In this document: positions 55,791 through 64,000 of the stretch, piece by piece | Layout of the letters: every line of letters starts with the position of its first letter | How positions within the stretch are numbered: position 1 is the first letter of the stretch | NCBI GenBank assembly: GCA_041690395.1 | Contig: JAWLHJ010000005.1 | Coordinates: 480,001 to 544,000, forward strand | Source: Longimicrobiales bacterium | GTDB lineage: Bacteria > Gemmatimonadota > Gemmatimonadetes > Longimicrobiales > Gaopeijiaceae | DNA length: 64,000 bases | Direction of reading: 5' to 3' | The notes under the pieces: model-generated | What the model saw: the letters and a program-made list of their open reading frames with translations, nothing else | Told to the model about the DNA's origin: nothing | The model's database searches: none | Program-made: the position numbers and the translations under genes

Positions 55791-57194
55791 ATGCTGCTGC
55801 GCCGCTTCTACGACGACAAGCTCGCCCAGGCGAGCTACATGGTCGGGTGCCAGGCGACCGGGGAAGCGGTCGTCGTGGACCCGCACCGCGACACCGACGT
55901 GTACCTCGACGCCGCCGAGAAGGAGGGGATGCGGATCCGGTACGTCACCGAGACGCACATCCACGCGGACTTCCTCTCCGGCGCGCGTCAGCTGGCGAAG
56001 AGGGTCGGGGCGACCCTGCTGCTGTCGGACGAGGGCGGCGAGGACTGGCGCTACGGCTTCGCCGCGGAAGACGGCGCGACCCTGCTGCGCGACGGTGACC
56101 GGATCGAGCTCGGGAGGATCACGCTCGAGGCGCTGCACACGCCCGGGCACACCCCCGAGCACCTCTCGTTCCAGATCACGGACGGCGCGGCGAGCGATCG
56201 CCCCATGGGCGTCCTCACCGGCGACTTCCTCTTCGTCGGCGACGTGGGACGACCGGACCTGCTCGAGAAGGCGGCGGGCGTGGCCGGCACGATGGAGGCC
56301 GGCGCGCGGGTACTCTGGGCCTCGCTGGAGCGGTTCCGCTCGATGCCTGACTACCTCCAGATCCTGCCGGGCCATGGTGCGGGATCCGCGTGCGGGAAGG
56401 CGCTCGGGTCCGTGCCCTCGTCGACGCTCGGGTACGAGAAGATGGTGAACTGGGCGTTCCAGTGCGCCGACGAGGACGACTTCGTGCAGAAGGTCCTCGC
56501 CGATCAGCCCGAGCCGCCGGTCTACTTCGCGCACATGAAGCGCATGAATCGGGACGGCCCGGCCGTGCTCGACCGGCTTCCGGAGCCCGAGCCCATGGAG
56601 CCAGAAGCGCTCGCCGACCGGCTCCGCTCCGGCGCCGTGGTCGTCGATCTCCGGAGTCGCGCGGACTTCGCCGAAGGACACCTCCCGGGGACGCTCAACC
56701 TTCCCTGGGGTCCCGACTTCACGACCTGGGCCGGGTGGCTCCTTCCCTACGACGCGCCGATCCACTTCGTGGCGTACGAAGCGGCACAGGCGCGCGGGGC
56801 GGTCCGCGATCTCGCCATGATCGGCATCGATCGCTCGGCCGGGTACGCCGACGAGGCCGTGCTGGACTGGTGGACCGGGAGGAAAGGACCCCTCGAGCCT
56901 ACCGAGGTCGTCGATTGGGGGGCGGCGGAGCGGGCCGTCGACGATGAAGGAGCCGTGCTTCTCGACGTGCGTGGTCAGTCGGAATGGGACGAAGGTCACG
57001 TCCCGGGAGCCACCCACATCCACCTGGGGGCGTTGCGCGACCGCCTGGACGAGCTCGACCGAGACCGTCCGGTCGTCCTCTATTGCCGGTCGGGGAACCG
57101 GTCGGCCATCGGGGCGAGCCTGCTCCAGGCCGAAGGCTTCTCCGACGTCCGCAATGTCGAGGGCGGCGTCCGGGCCCGGCAGGCCGTACATTAG
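55791..57194 (+). CDS. MBL-fold persulfide dioxygenase-like protein fused to two rhodanese domains
   Basis: ETHIHADFLSG, TPGHTPEH, TGDFLFVGDVGRPDL, PGHGAGSACGK; C-terminal rhodanese YCRSGNRS. Confidence 0.88.
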   Translation: MLLRRFYDDKLAQASYMVGCQATGEAVVVDPHRDTDVYLDAAEKEGMRIRYVTETHIHADFLSGARQLAKRVGATLLLSDEGGEDWRYGFAAEDGATLLRDGDRIELGRITLEALHTPGHTPEHLSFQITDGAASDRPMGVLTGDFLFVGDVGRPDLLEKAAGVAGTMEAGARVLWASLERFRSMPDYLQILPGHGAGSACGKALGSVPSSTLGYEKMVNWAFQCADEDDFVQKVLADQPEPPVYFAHMKRMNRDGPAVLDRLPEPEPMEPEALADRLRSGAVVVDLRSRADFAEGHLPGTLNLPWGPDFTTWAGWLLPYDAPIHFVAYEAAQARGAVRDLAMIGIDRSAGYADEAVLDWWTGRKGPLEPTEVVDWGAAERAVDDEGAVLLDVRGQSEWDEGHVPGATHIHLGALRDRLDELDRDRPVVLYCRSGNRSAIGASLLQAEGFSDVRNVEGGVRARQAVH

Positions 57195-57258
57195 GAGCAC
57201 GTGGCGTTGCGCCCGGAGATGCACCCGGCGGTCCTGCAATCTGGCTTGAGAGGCGTGC

Positions 57259-58149
57259 ATGTCGGACACACCTGAACGGAGCGGGCTCGCCCGGTCCATC
57301 GACCAGCTCTTCACGTCGGGCCGGGGAACGCGTGACGGCGCCGCACGGGCCTTGGAAGACACCACCGTGGCGACCGACGAAGGAGCGATGCTCCACCCGG
57401 CCGTGCCGCTGGTGGCGGAGCTCGGGCGCGAGCGGGACGACGACCGCCGTCACGCGATCGTCGACGAGCTCGCTCGCCTCGGTGAGCCGGGCGCCGACGC
57501 CATCGCGGACGCCCTGGGCCAGACCGAGGACCGGTTCGCCCGGAGCGTCTACCTCGACGCCCTGATCAGCCTCGCGCCCGTCTCGCTGCGGGTCGTCGAG
57601 GAGATGATGGACGATGCGCGCTGGTTCGTGGTCCGCAACGGATCGTTCGTGCTGGGCGAGATCGGAGGCCTGCGCGCCGTGGAGCTGCTCGTCGGCGCGC
57701 TCGCGCGGCCGGAGCCGAAGGTGCGCCGCGAGGTCGTCCTCGCGCTCGCGAAGGCCGGTGGAGACGATGCCGGCCAGCTCGTCTTCGGCATGCTCGACGA
57801 TCCGGCCACGACGGTGCGGGTGGCCGCGGTGTCGGCGGTCGGGGCGCTCGGTGTCGAGCGCGCGGTCAAGCCGCTCATGCGCATGCTCGCAGAGGAGGAC
57901 GACCCGGACCTGCTCCTCGCCGCGCTCCATGCGCTCGGACATCTCCGGGACCCCGCCGCCGTGCACGCCATCGAGCGTCATGCGGTCGGCTCTTTCCTCC
58001 GGCGCCCACCCCGGGACCTCCGCATCGCCGCGTACGGTGCGCTCCGCCACATCGGCACGCCCCACGCGCGAAGGCTGCTGAACCAGGCGGTCGACGACCG
58101 CGACCCCGCCGTGAAGGCCGAGGTCCGACGCCTGCTCGGAATGGCGTGA
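57259..58149 (+). CDS. HEAT-repeat protein
   Basis: Repeated helical units (WFVVRN, KVRREVVLALA, TVRVAAVSAVG, LRIAAYGAL). Confidence 0.8.
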   Translation: MSDTPERSGLARSIDQLFTSGRGTRDGAARALEDTTVATDEGAMLHPAVPLVAELGRERDDDRRHAIVDELARLGEPGADAIADALGQTEDRFARSVYLDALISLAPVSLRVVEEMMDDARWFVVRNGSFVLGEIGGLRAVELLVGALARPEPKVRREVVLALAKAGGDDAGQLVFGMLDDPATTVRVAAVSAVGALGVERAVKPLMRMLAEEDDPDLLLAALHALGHLRDPAAVHAIERHAVGSFLRRPPRDLRIAAYGALRHIGTPHARRLLNQAVDDRDPAVKAEVRRLLGMA

Positions 58150-60353
58150 TCCGCTACAGCCCTCCGTACCTCGCCGCCGCCCTCGCCGGGCTGGCGGCCT
58201 TCGGCCTCTATGTCCTGACGCTCGCGCCGACGACCGCGTTCTGGGACGCCAGCGAGTACATCGCGACCGCGCACACGGTCGGGATCCCGCACCCGCCCGG
58301 GAACCCCCTGTTCGTCGTGCTCGGAAGGGCGTGGAGCCTGCTCCTGGCGCCTCTCGGCCTTCCGGTGGCCGTGCGCATCAACCTGCTCGCCGCGGCGACC
58401 AGCGCCGGCGCGACCACGTGCTTCTACCTGGTCGCGCACCGGGTGTTGGTGGGACTGTCCGACGGCCCGTGGTTCGCGAAGATCGGCGCGGGCGCGGCGG
58501 CCCTGCTCGGCGCCACGGCGTTCACGGTGTGGAACCAGTCGAACGTGAACGAGAAGGTCTACACGCTCAGCGTGCTGATCATCGGCCTGGTGAGCTGGCT
58601 GGCGGTCCGCTGGCGCGACCTCCGGGACGAGCCCGGCAGCGAGCGCTATCTCCTCTGGATCGTCTTTCTGCTGGCGCTGGGCTCCACGAACCACCTCATG
58701 TCGGTGCTTCCCGCGCCGGCGGTCGCCGCGCTCGTCCTGCTGAGCGGCGCGCGGGCGGTCTTCACGCCCGCCTTTCTCGGGCGAGCGCTACTGCTCGGGA
58801 TGATCGGGTTGTCGTTCAACTTCGTTCTCCCCGTCCGGGCCGAGCTCGATCCGGTCATCAACGAGGGCGACCCCACGTGCGAGAGCGTCGTGGGCGCGGC
58901 CGCGGCCATCTACACGCATGGCCGGGCCGGGTGCGAGATGCTCGCCGACAACCTGACGCGCCGGCAGTACCAGCCGCCTCCCGTGACGGAGCGAAAGGCC
59001 CCGTTCGGCGCGCAGATGGAGATGTGGTGGCAGTACTTCGAATGGCAGTGGGCGCGCGGTCTCGAGCCCTCGGAGACCCCGTTCGGACCGCGGCTTCCGT
59101 TCGGGATCCTCTTCCTGCTGCTCGGGGGCGCCGGTCTGTGGGCGGCCTGGTCGTCCGACCGGGCTCTGTTCGCATACCTCGCGGTGCTGGCGACCACGTT
59201 GACGGTCGCGCTCGTCTACTACCTGAACTTCCGCCACGGCTACTCCCTCGCCCCGGAGATCGTGGATCGTGCTCAGCACGAGGTGCGCGAAAGGGACTAC
59301 TTCTTCATCGCGGGCTTCATGCTCTGGGGATCCCTGGCCGGACTCGGGCTCGCGTGGGTCTGGCGTGTCGTCGCGGAGTTGGTGGGCGGGGAACGGGGCC
59401 CGCAGCGTGGGCTACGCCTGGCCGCTCCGGTGCTGCTCGTGGCGATGGTGCCCCTGGTCCTGAACTGGTCGTGGGCGAGCCGAACCGGCGACTATGCCGC
59501 GCGCGATTGGGCGTACGACCTGTTGGTGAGCGTGGAGCCGTACGGCGTCCTCTTCACGAACGGCGACAACGACACCTTCCCGCTCTGGTATCTCCAGGAG
59601 GTGGAGGGGATCCGGCGTGACGTGACCGTCGTCGTCGGCCAGTACCTGTACACGGACTGGTATCCCAAGCAGCTACAGCAGCTGACCAGCCCGGAGCGGC
59701 AGCGCCCGTTCGATCCGGATCTGGTGCCCGGCCTCTACGACGACCGGCCGGCCCCCGAGCGGCCCATCCTGTCGCTTCCAGCCGACCAGCTGGACGGGGT
59801 GGGAAGGGTGACGCTGCGCCAGGATCTGACGGTGGCGCTGCCGGGGTTGGCCGTGACGTATCCGGCCGGCATGACGCTCGACCGGAGCCATCAGATCGCG
59901 ATCTCCATGATCCGTGACTCCCTCGGAGAGCGGCCCGTCTACTTTTCGGCCGTCGGTGGCATCCTGGCCGAGCTGGGACTCGAGCGGTGGGCCGTCCGGC
60001 AGGGCCTCGTCGCCAAGCTCGAGCTGAGGAGGCTGGAGGACGGGCCGCCCGAGGGGCTCGTCCAGGGTAGTCGCGCGTATGCGGCGGAGTGGTTCGATCT
60101 GGAGCGCTCGCTACAGCTGTACCGCGATGTCTACATGTACCGGGGGTTCCGGGACCGTCTCATCTGGCAGGACCGCTCGACCCTGAACATTCCCTGGCAG
60201 TACTACGCGCTCGCCGCGCAGCTCTCGGACGTCGCGGGGCTGGCGGGTGAGCCGGCCGGGCTCGTCTCGGAGTTGCAGGCCGACGCGGTCGAATTCCAGC
60301 TCCTGGCCGATGGGGGCGTGCTCGGAACCCCCGCTTCCGGCGGGGGTGACTAA
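58146..60353 (+). CDS. DUF2723 / TMEM260-like GT-C membrane glycosyltransferase
   Basis: TLAPTTAFWDASEYIATA..GIPHPPGNPLF, EKVYTLS, EVRERDYFF, FTNGDNDTFPLWYLQEVEGIRRDV. Confidence 0.88.
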   Translation: MIRYSPPYLAAALAGLAAFGLYVLTLAPTTAFWDASEYIATAHTVGIPHPPGNPLFVVLGRAWSLLLAPLGLPVAVRINLLAAATSAGATTCFYLVAHRVLVGLSDGPWFAKIGAGAAALLGATAFTVWNQSNVNEKVYTLSVLIIGLVSWLAVRWRDLRDEPGSERYLLWIVFLLALGSTNHLMSVLPAPAVAALVLLSGARAVFTPAFLGRALLLGMIGLSFNFVLPVRAELDPVINEGDPTCESVVGAAAAIYTHGRAGCEMLADNLTRRQYQPPPVTERKAPFGAQMEMWWQYFEWQWARGLEPSETPFGPRLPFGILFLLLGGAGLWAAWSSDRALFAYLAVLATTLTVALVYYLNFRHGYSLAPEIVDRAQHEVRERDYFFIAGFMLWGSLAGLGLAWVWRVVAELVGGERGPQRGLRLAAPVLLVAMVPLVLNWSWASRTGDYAARDWAYDLLVSVEPYGVLFTNGDNDTFPLWYLQEVEGIRRDVTVVVGQYLYTDWYPKQLQQLTSPERQRPFDPDLVPGLYDDRPAPERPILSLPADQLDGVGRVTLRQDLTVALPGLAVTYPAGMTLDRSHQIAISMIRDSLGERPVYFSAVGGILAELGLERWAVRQGLVAKLELRRLEDGPPEGLVQGSRAYAAEWFDLERSLQLYRDVYMYRGFRDRLIWQDRSTLNIPWQYYALAAQLSDVAGLAGEPAGLVSELQADAVEFQLLADGGVLGTPASGGGD

Positions 60354-60357
60354 GGCC

Positions 60358-61569
60358 ATGCGACCCATGGATTTCTCCCGCCAGGAGCTGTACCGCTACG
60401 CGCGCCACTTCTCGCTCCCGGAGGTCGGACTTGAAGGGCAGGGTAGGCTGAAGCGGGGCCGCGTGCTCTGCGTCGGAGCCGGAGGCCTCGGCTCCCCGCT
60501 CTCGCTCTATCTGGCCGCGGCCGGCGTGGGCACCCTCGGCATCGTCGACTTCGACACGGTCGACGAAAGCAACCTCCAGCGGCAGATCCTCCACGGGACC
60601 TCGGATGTCGGGCGCTCGAAGCTCGACAGCGCCGCGGACAGGCTGCGCGACGTGAACCCCCACGTGACCGTCGAGCGGCACGAGACCCGGCTGACCTCCG
60701 AGAACGCCCTGGACATCCTCGCCGACTACGACGTGGTCGTGGACGGCACGGACAACTTCCCGACCCGGTATCTCGTCAACGACGCGTGCGTGCTGCTCGG
60801 GAAGCCCAACGTGTACGGGTCGATCTTCCGGTGGGAGGGTCAGGTCTCGGTCTTCGCGGCCGAAGACGGGCCTTGCTACCGGTGCCTCTTCCGCGAGCCT
60901 CCTCCGCCCGGACTCGTTCCGAACTGCGCAGAGGGCGGAGTGCTCGGCGTGCTCCCGGGGATCATCGGCAGCATGCAGGCGATGGAGACCGTGAAGCTCC
61001 TTCTCGGCGTCGGCCGACCCCTGATCGGGCGGCTGCTCATCTTCGACGGGCTCGACATGAGCTGGCGCGAGGTGGCTCTCCGGCGGAACCCCGATTGCCC
61101 GGTCTGCGGCGACGAGCCGACCCAGACCGAGCTGATCGACTACGAGGTGTTCTGCGGGGTGGCGCCGACCGGTGTGGGGGGCGACTCGGGCGCGGGGGCC
61201 GGCGCCGGTGGCTCGGCCGCCGGCTCGGTGACGACGGCGTCGGCCGTGGCCTCCGTCGACGTGCCCACGCTCGCCGCCCGCCTGGCCGGCGACGACCCAC
61301 CCTTCCTGCTCGACGTGCGCGAGTCCTGGGAGTGGGCCGTCGGCAACCTCGGCGGACGGGGCGCGCGGCTCGTGCCGCTCGCGGAGCTCGAGGATCGGCT
61401 CGCCGAGCTGCCCCGCGACCGGCCCATCGTGGTCTACTGCAAGTCCGGACAGCGGAGCGCCACGGCCGCCCGGCTCCTCGCGGGCCGGGGCTTCCCTTCG
61501 GTGGCGAATCTCGACGGAGGGATCGCCGCCTGGGCTCGTCAGATCGAGCCGGAGCTCATGGTTCCATGA
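60358..61569 (+). CDS. moeB: ThiF/MoeB-family adenylyltransferase with C-terminal rhodanese (MoeZ/MoeBR type)
   Basis: RYARH, GAGGLGSP, SNLQRQ, DGTDNF, CYRC...CPVC; rhodanese YCKSGQRS. Confidence 0.9.
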   Translation: MRPMDFSRQELYRYARHFSLPEVGLEGQGRLKRGRVLCVGAGGLGSPLSLYLAAAGVGTLGIVDFDTVDESNLQRQILHGTSDVGRSKLDSAADRLRDVNPHVTVERHETRLTSENALDILADYDVVVDGTDNFPTRYLVNDACVLLGKPNVYGSIFRWEGQVSVFAAEDGPCYRCLFREPPPPGLVPNCAEGGVLGVLPGIIGSMQAMETVKLLLGVGRPLIGRLLIFDGLDMSWREVALRRNPDCPVCGDEPTQTELIDYEVFCGVAPTGVGGDSGAGAGAGGSAAGSVTTASAVASVDVPTLAARLAGDDPPFLLDVRESWEWAVGNLGGRGARLVPLAELEDRLAELPRDRPIVVYCKSGQRSATAARLLAGRGFPSVANLDGGIAAWARQIEPELMVP

Positions 61570-62870
61570 GCGTCGAGCCGGCGGTCCGCCCGAGAGTCCT
61601 CGTCGTCGGCGCCGGCTTCGGAGGGCTCTGGTGTGCCCGCACCCTCGCCAACGAGGCCGTCGACGTGACGCTGGTCGATCGGCGCAACTACCACACCTTC
61701 TTTCCGCTCCTCTATCAGGTGGCTGCGGCGGAGCTGGTGCCGACCGACATCGCCTATCCGGTCCGCTCCATCTTCCGCAAGGCGCGGAACGTGGACGTGC
61801 GCATGGCCGAGGTCCTGGACCTCGATCCGGAGGCGCGCAAGGTGCGCACCTCCGAGGGCACCCTCGAATACGACTTCCTCGTGTTGGCGCTCGGGAGCGA
61901 GTCGAACTTCTTCGGGGTCGAGGGGGCCGACCGTCACGCTTTCCCTCTCCGCTGGATGGACGACGCGATCCCGCTCCGGCATCACATCCTCACCCGCTTC
62001 GAGGCCGCGCGCTCGCGCTCCGATGAGGGTCGCCGGCGAGCGCTGACCTTCGTGGTCGTCGGGGGTGGCCCGACCGGAGTCGAGTATGCCGGCGCGCTGT
62101 CCGAGCTCGTGCACGGTCCGCTGGTTCGGGACTTCCCGGATATCGACGCGGACGAGGTGCGTATCGTGCTCGTCGAAGCCGGGGAGCGGATCCTGGCCGG
62201 GATGCCGGAAGAGCTCGGGCGTTACGCGCTCGAGCGGTTGAGGCGTCGCAGGGTCGAGGTGCTCTTCGGTAAGGCGGTCGAAGCGGTCGGGCCGAGCGAC
62301 GTGCGACTCGGCGACGGTTCCAGCCTCGCGTCGGAGACCGTGGTATGGACGGCCGGCGTCAAAGGTGATCCGCGGGTAGCGAGCTGGGGCTTGCCCGTGA
62401 GCCGCGGTGGTCGGGTGCCCATCACCGACCACCTGAACCTCCGGGGCCGCCCCGAGGTGTTCGTGGTCGGCGACCTGGCGCTGCTCGAGGAGGACGGCGA
62501 GCCGCTCCCCCAGGTCGCCCAGGTCGCGATCCAGCAGGGGCGGCACGCCGCCACCAACATTCTGCGAACGGCGCGGGGCGCGAGCCTCCAACCGTTCCGG
62601 TACAAGGACCTCGGCATGCTCGCCGTCATCGGCCGCAACGCGGCGGTCGCTCACGTGGGCGGGCGCGCGTTCCGGGGCTTCGTCGCCTGGTGGCTCTGGC
62701 TCGGCATCCATGTCACGTGGCTCATCGGCTTCCGAAATCGCGCCCTCGTGCTGGTGAACTGGGCATGGAACTACATCTCGTTCCGGAAGGCCGTGCGCCT
62801 GATTCTGCCGACCGTCACGCCGAGGCGGGACGAGGAGCAGGAGACGCCCGGCTCAGGAGGATCCACGTGA
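61566..62870 (+). CDS. ndh: Type II NADH dehydrogenase-like NAD(P)/FAD oxidoreductase
   Basis: VGAGFGG, PLLYQVA, VGGGPTGVEYAG, WTAGV, AQVAIQQG, FRYKDLG. Confidence 0.88.
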   Translation: MSVEPAVRPRVLVVGAGFGGLWCARTLANEAVDVTLVDRRNYHTFFPLLYQVAAAELVPTDIAYPVRSIFRKARNVDVRMAEVLDLDPEARKVRTSEGTLEYDFLVLALGSESNFFGVEGADRHAFPLRWMDDAIPLRHHILTRFEAARSRSDEGRRRALTFVVVGGGPTGVEYAGALSELVHGPLVRDFPDIDADEVRIVLVEAGERILAGMPEELGRYALERLRRRRVEVLFGKAVEAVGPSDVRLGDGSSLASETVVWTAGVKGDPRVASWGLPVSRGGRVPITDHLNLRGRPEVFVVGDLALLEEDGEPLPQVAQVAIQQGRHAATNILRTARGASLQPFRYKDLGMLAVIGRNAAVAHVGGRAFRGFVAWWLWLGIHVTWLIGFRNRALVLVNWAWNYISFRKAVRLILPTVTPRRDEEQETPGSGGST

Positions 62871-64000
62871 GGCGCATGTTCGCTCTGTTCGTCGTTCTGT
62901 CGGCCATGCCCGCGGCCGGGGCGGCCGGGCAGGAGGACTGCCGCGACCGCTCGGGTCCCGAGGCCGAAGCCGGCTGGGCGGCGTATGCCGGTGGCGACAT
63001 CGCGGCGGCCGGAGCGCGCTTCGGAGCCGCGCTCGAGCTGTGTGCGGGCGACCACTACGCGCGCACGGGTCTCGGATACGTGGCGCTCCGGCAGGACGAC
63101 ATGGAGGAGGCGGACCGGCTCTGGCGGATCGTGACGGCCGCGGAGCCTGACAACGTCGACGCCTGGACCGGGCTGGGACTCGTCGCCTGGCGACGGGCGG
63201 ATCTGCCGGCGGCCGAGGATGCGTTCGAGCGTGTGGCCCGCGTCGATCCGGGCAACGCGACCGCGGTCGACTACCTGGAGCGTATCCGCGGCCCGGCGCT
63301 GGGTCCTGCGCCCGAGCGGCCGCCACTCGAACTGCCGGACAGCTTGCGGTACCCGTCGCGCACCGCCGGCGATCGCTTCGAGGTCAGGACACCGGACGGC
63401 TGGACCCCCTTCTACATCAAGGGGGTGAACCTCGGAGCCGCACTACCGGGCCGGTTTCCGAGCGAGTTCCCGGATTCCGCGGTGTACGCGCGGTGGGTCG
63501 AGCGCATGGCCACGATGAACGCGAACGCGGTCCGCGTCTATACGATCCATCCGCCGGGGTTCTACGAGGCGCTCCTGGACTGGAATGTCGCCAACCCGGA
63601 CCGGGCGCTGTGGCTCATCCACGGGGCGTGGGCCGGGATACCGCCGGACGGCGACTTCGCCGCCGAGCCCTACGAGTCGGACTTCTTCGCCGAGATGCGC
63701 CGCGTCGTCGACGTGCTCCACGGGCGCGCCAGCCTCGAGTACCGGCCGGGCAACGCGTGGGGGCACTACACCGCCGACGTGTCGCGCTGGACGCTCGCGT
63801 ACATCCTGGGCCGGGAATGGGAGCCGCACAGCGCCCTGGCCTTCGACTCCATTCGGGGCGGGGAGAGCGGCTTCGACGGGCGGTACGTCCGGGTGGACGG
63901 CGGGAACGCCCTGGACGCATGGATGGCGGAGGCGGTCGAGGAGATCGTCGCCTACGAGACCGAGACCTACCGGGCGCAGCGGCCCGTCGCCTACACCAAC
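62867..64000 (+). CDS. Secreted TPR protein fused to a clan GH-A-like TIM-barrel glycoside hydrolase domain; runs off the right edge
   Basis: Manual translation from GTG 62867 (AGGAGG RBS, GTGA overlap): signal peptide, TPRs (ARTGLGYVAL, AWTGLGLVAW), then FYIKGVNLG...NANAVRVYTIHPP...YILGREWEP. Confidence 0.75.
   Translation, partial: MRRMFALFVVLSAMPAAGAAGQEDCRDRSGPEAEAGWAAYAGGDIAAAGARFGAALELCAGDHYARTGLGYVALRQDDMEEADRLWRIVTAAEPDNVDAWTGLGLVAWRRADLPAAEDAFERVARVDPGNATAVDYLERIRGPALGPAPERPPLELPDSLRYPSRTAGDRFEVRTPDGWTPFYIKGVNLGAALPGRFPSEFPDSAVYARWVERMATMNANAVRVYTIHPPGFYEALLDWNVANPDRALWLIHGAWAGIPPDGDFAAEPYESDFFAEMRRVVDVLHGRASLEYRPGNAWGHYTADVSRWTLAYILGREWEPHSALAFDSIRGGESGFDGRYVRVDGGNALDAWMAEAVEEIVAYETETYRAQRPVAYTN

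Overview
This is a 64-kb, very GC-rich bacterial window; the gene repertoire suggests a Gemmatimonadota/Acidobacteriota-like organism (inference). It holds about 50 densely packed CDSs. I recognise no rRNA, tRNA, CRISPR array, transposase or integrase. Content includes many secreted peptidases and hydrolases (an M16 pair, M28, M23, two M14, M19, an Ntn asparaginase, an amidohydrolase). Five large duplicated MacB/FtsX-type 'orphan' ABC permeases (ADOP-like) have no cognate ATPase, and three are translationally coupled to PadR regulators. Also present are nrfHA followed by a DsbB-family gene, a lysine operon (asd-lysC-dapB-dapA-dapD) and a separate fused aspartokinase/DAP decarboxylase. The rest includes two PAS hybrid histidine kinases, an ABC-F ATPase, a TonB-dependent receptor and a right-end gene run (MBL-rhodanese, HEAT, DUF2723, MoeB/MoeZ, NDH-2, TPR-glycoside hydrolase). 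Top observations: (1) only the three PadR-coupled permeases carry an N-terminal ~80-95 aa prefix, and each has a Shine-Dalgarno plus in-frame ATG at the prefix/core junction, suggesting two-isoform PadR-sensing modules. (2) A small HNH nuclease gene is followed directly by a ~19-nt-period degenerate mini-array and a hairpin-rich non-coding region. (3) A decayed kinase/response-regulator remnant has a 14-bp palindrome at its breakpoint. (4) NrfA has CxxCH instead of CxxCK at heme 1. All family calls are by motif recognition, not database search.
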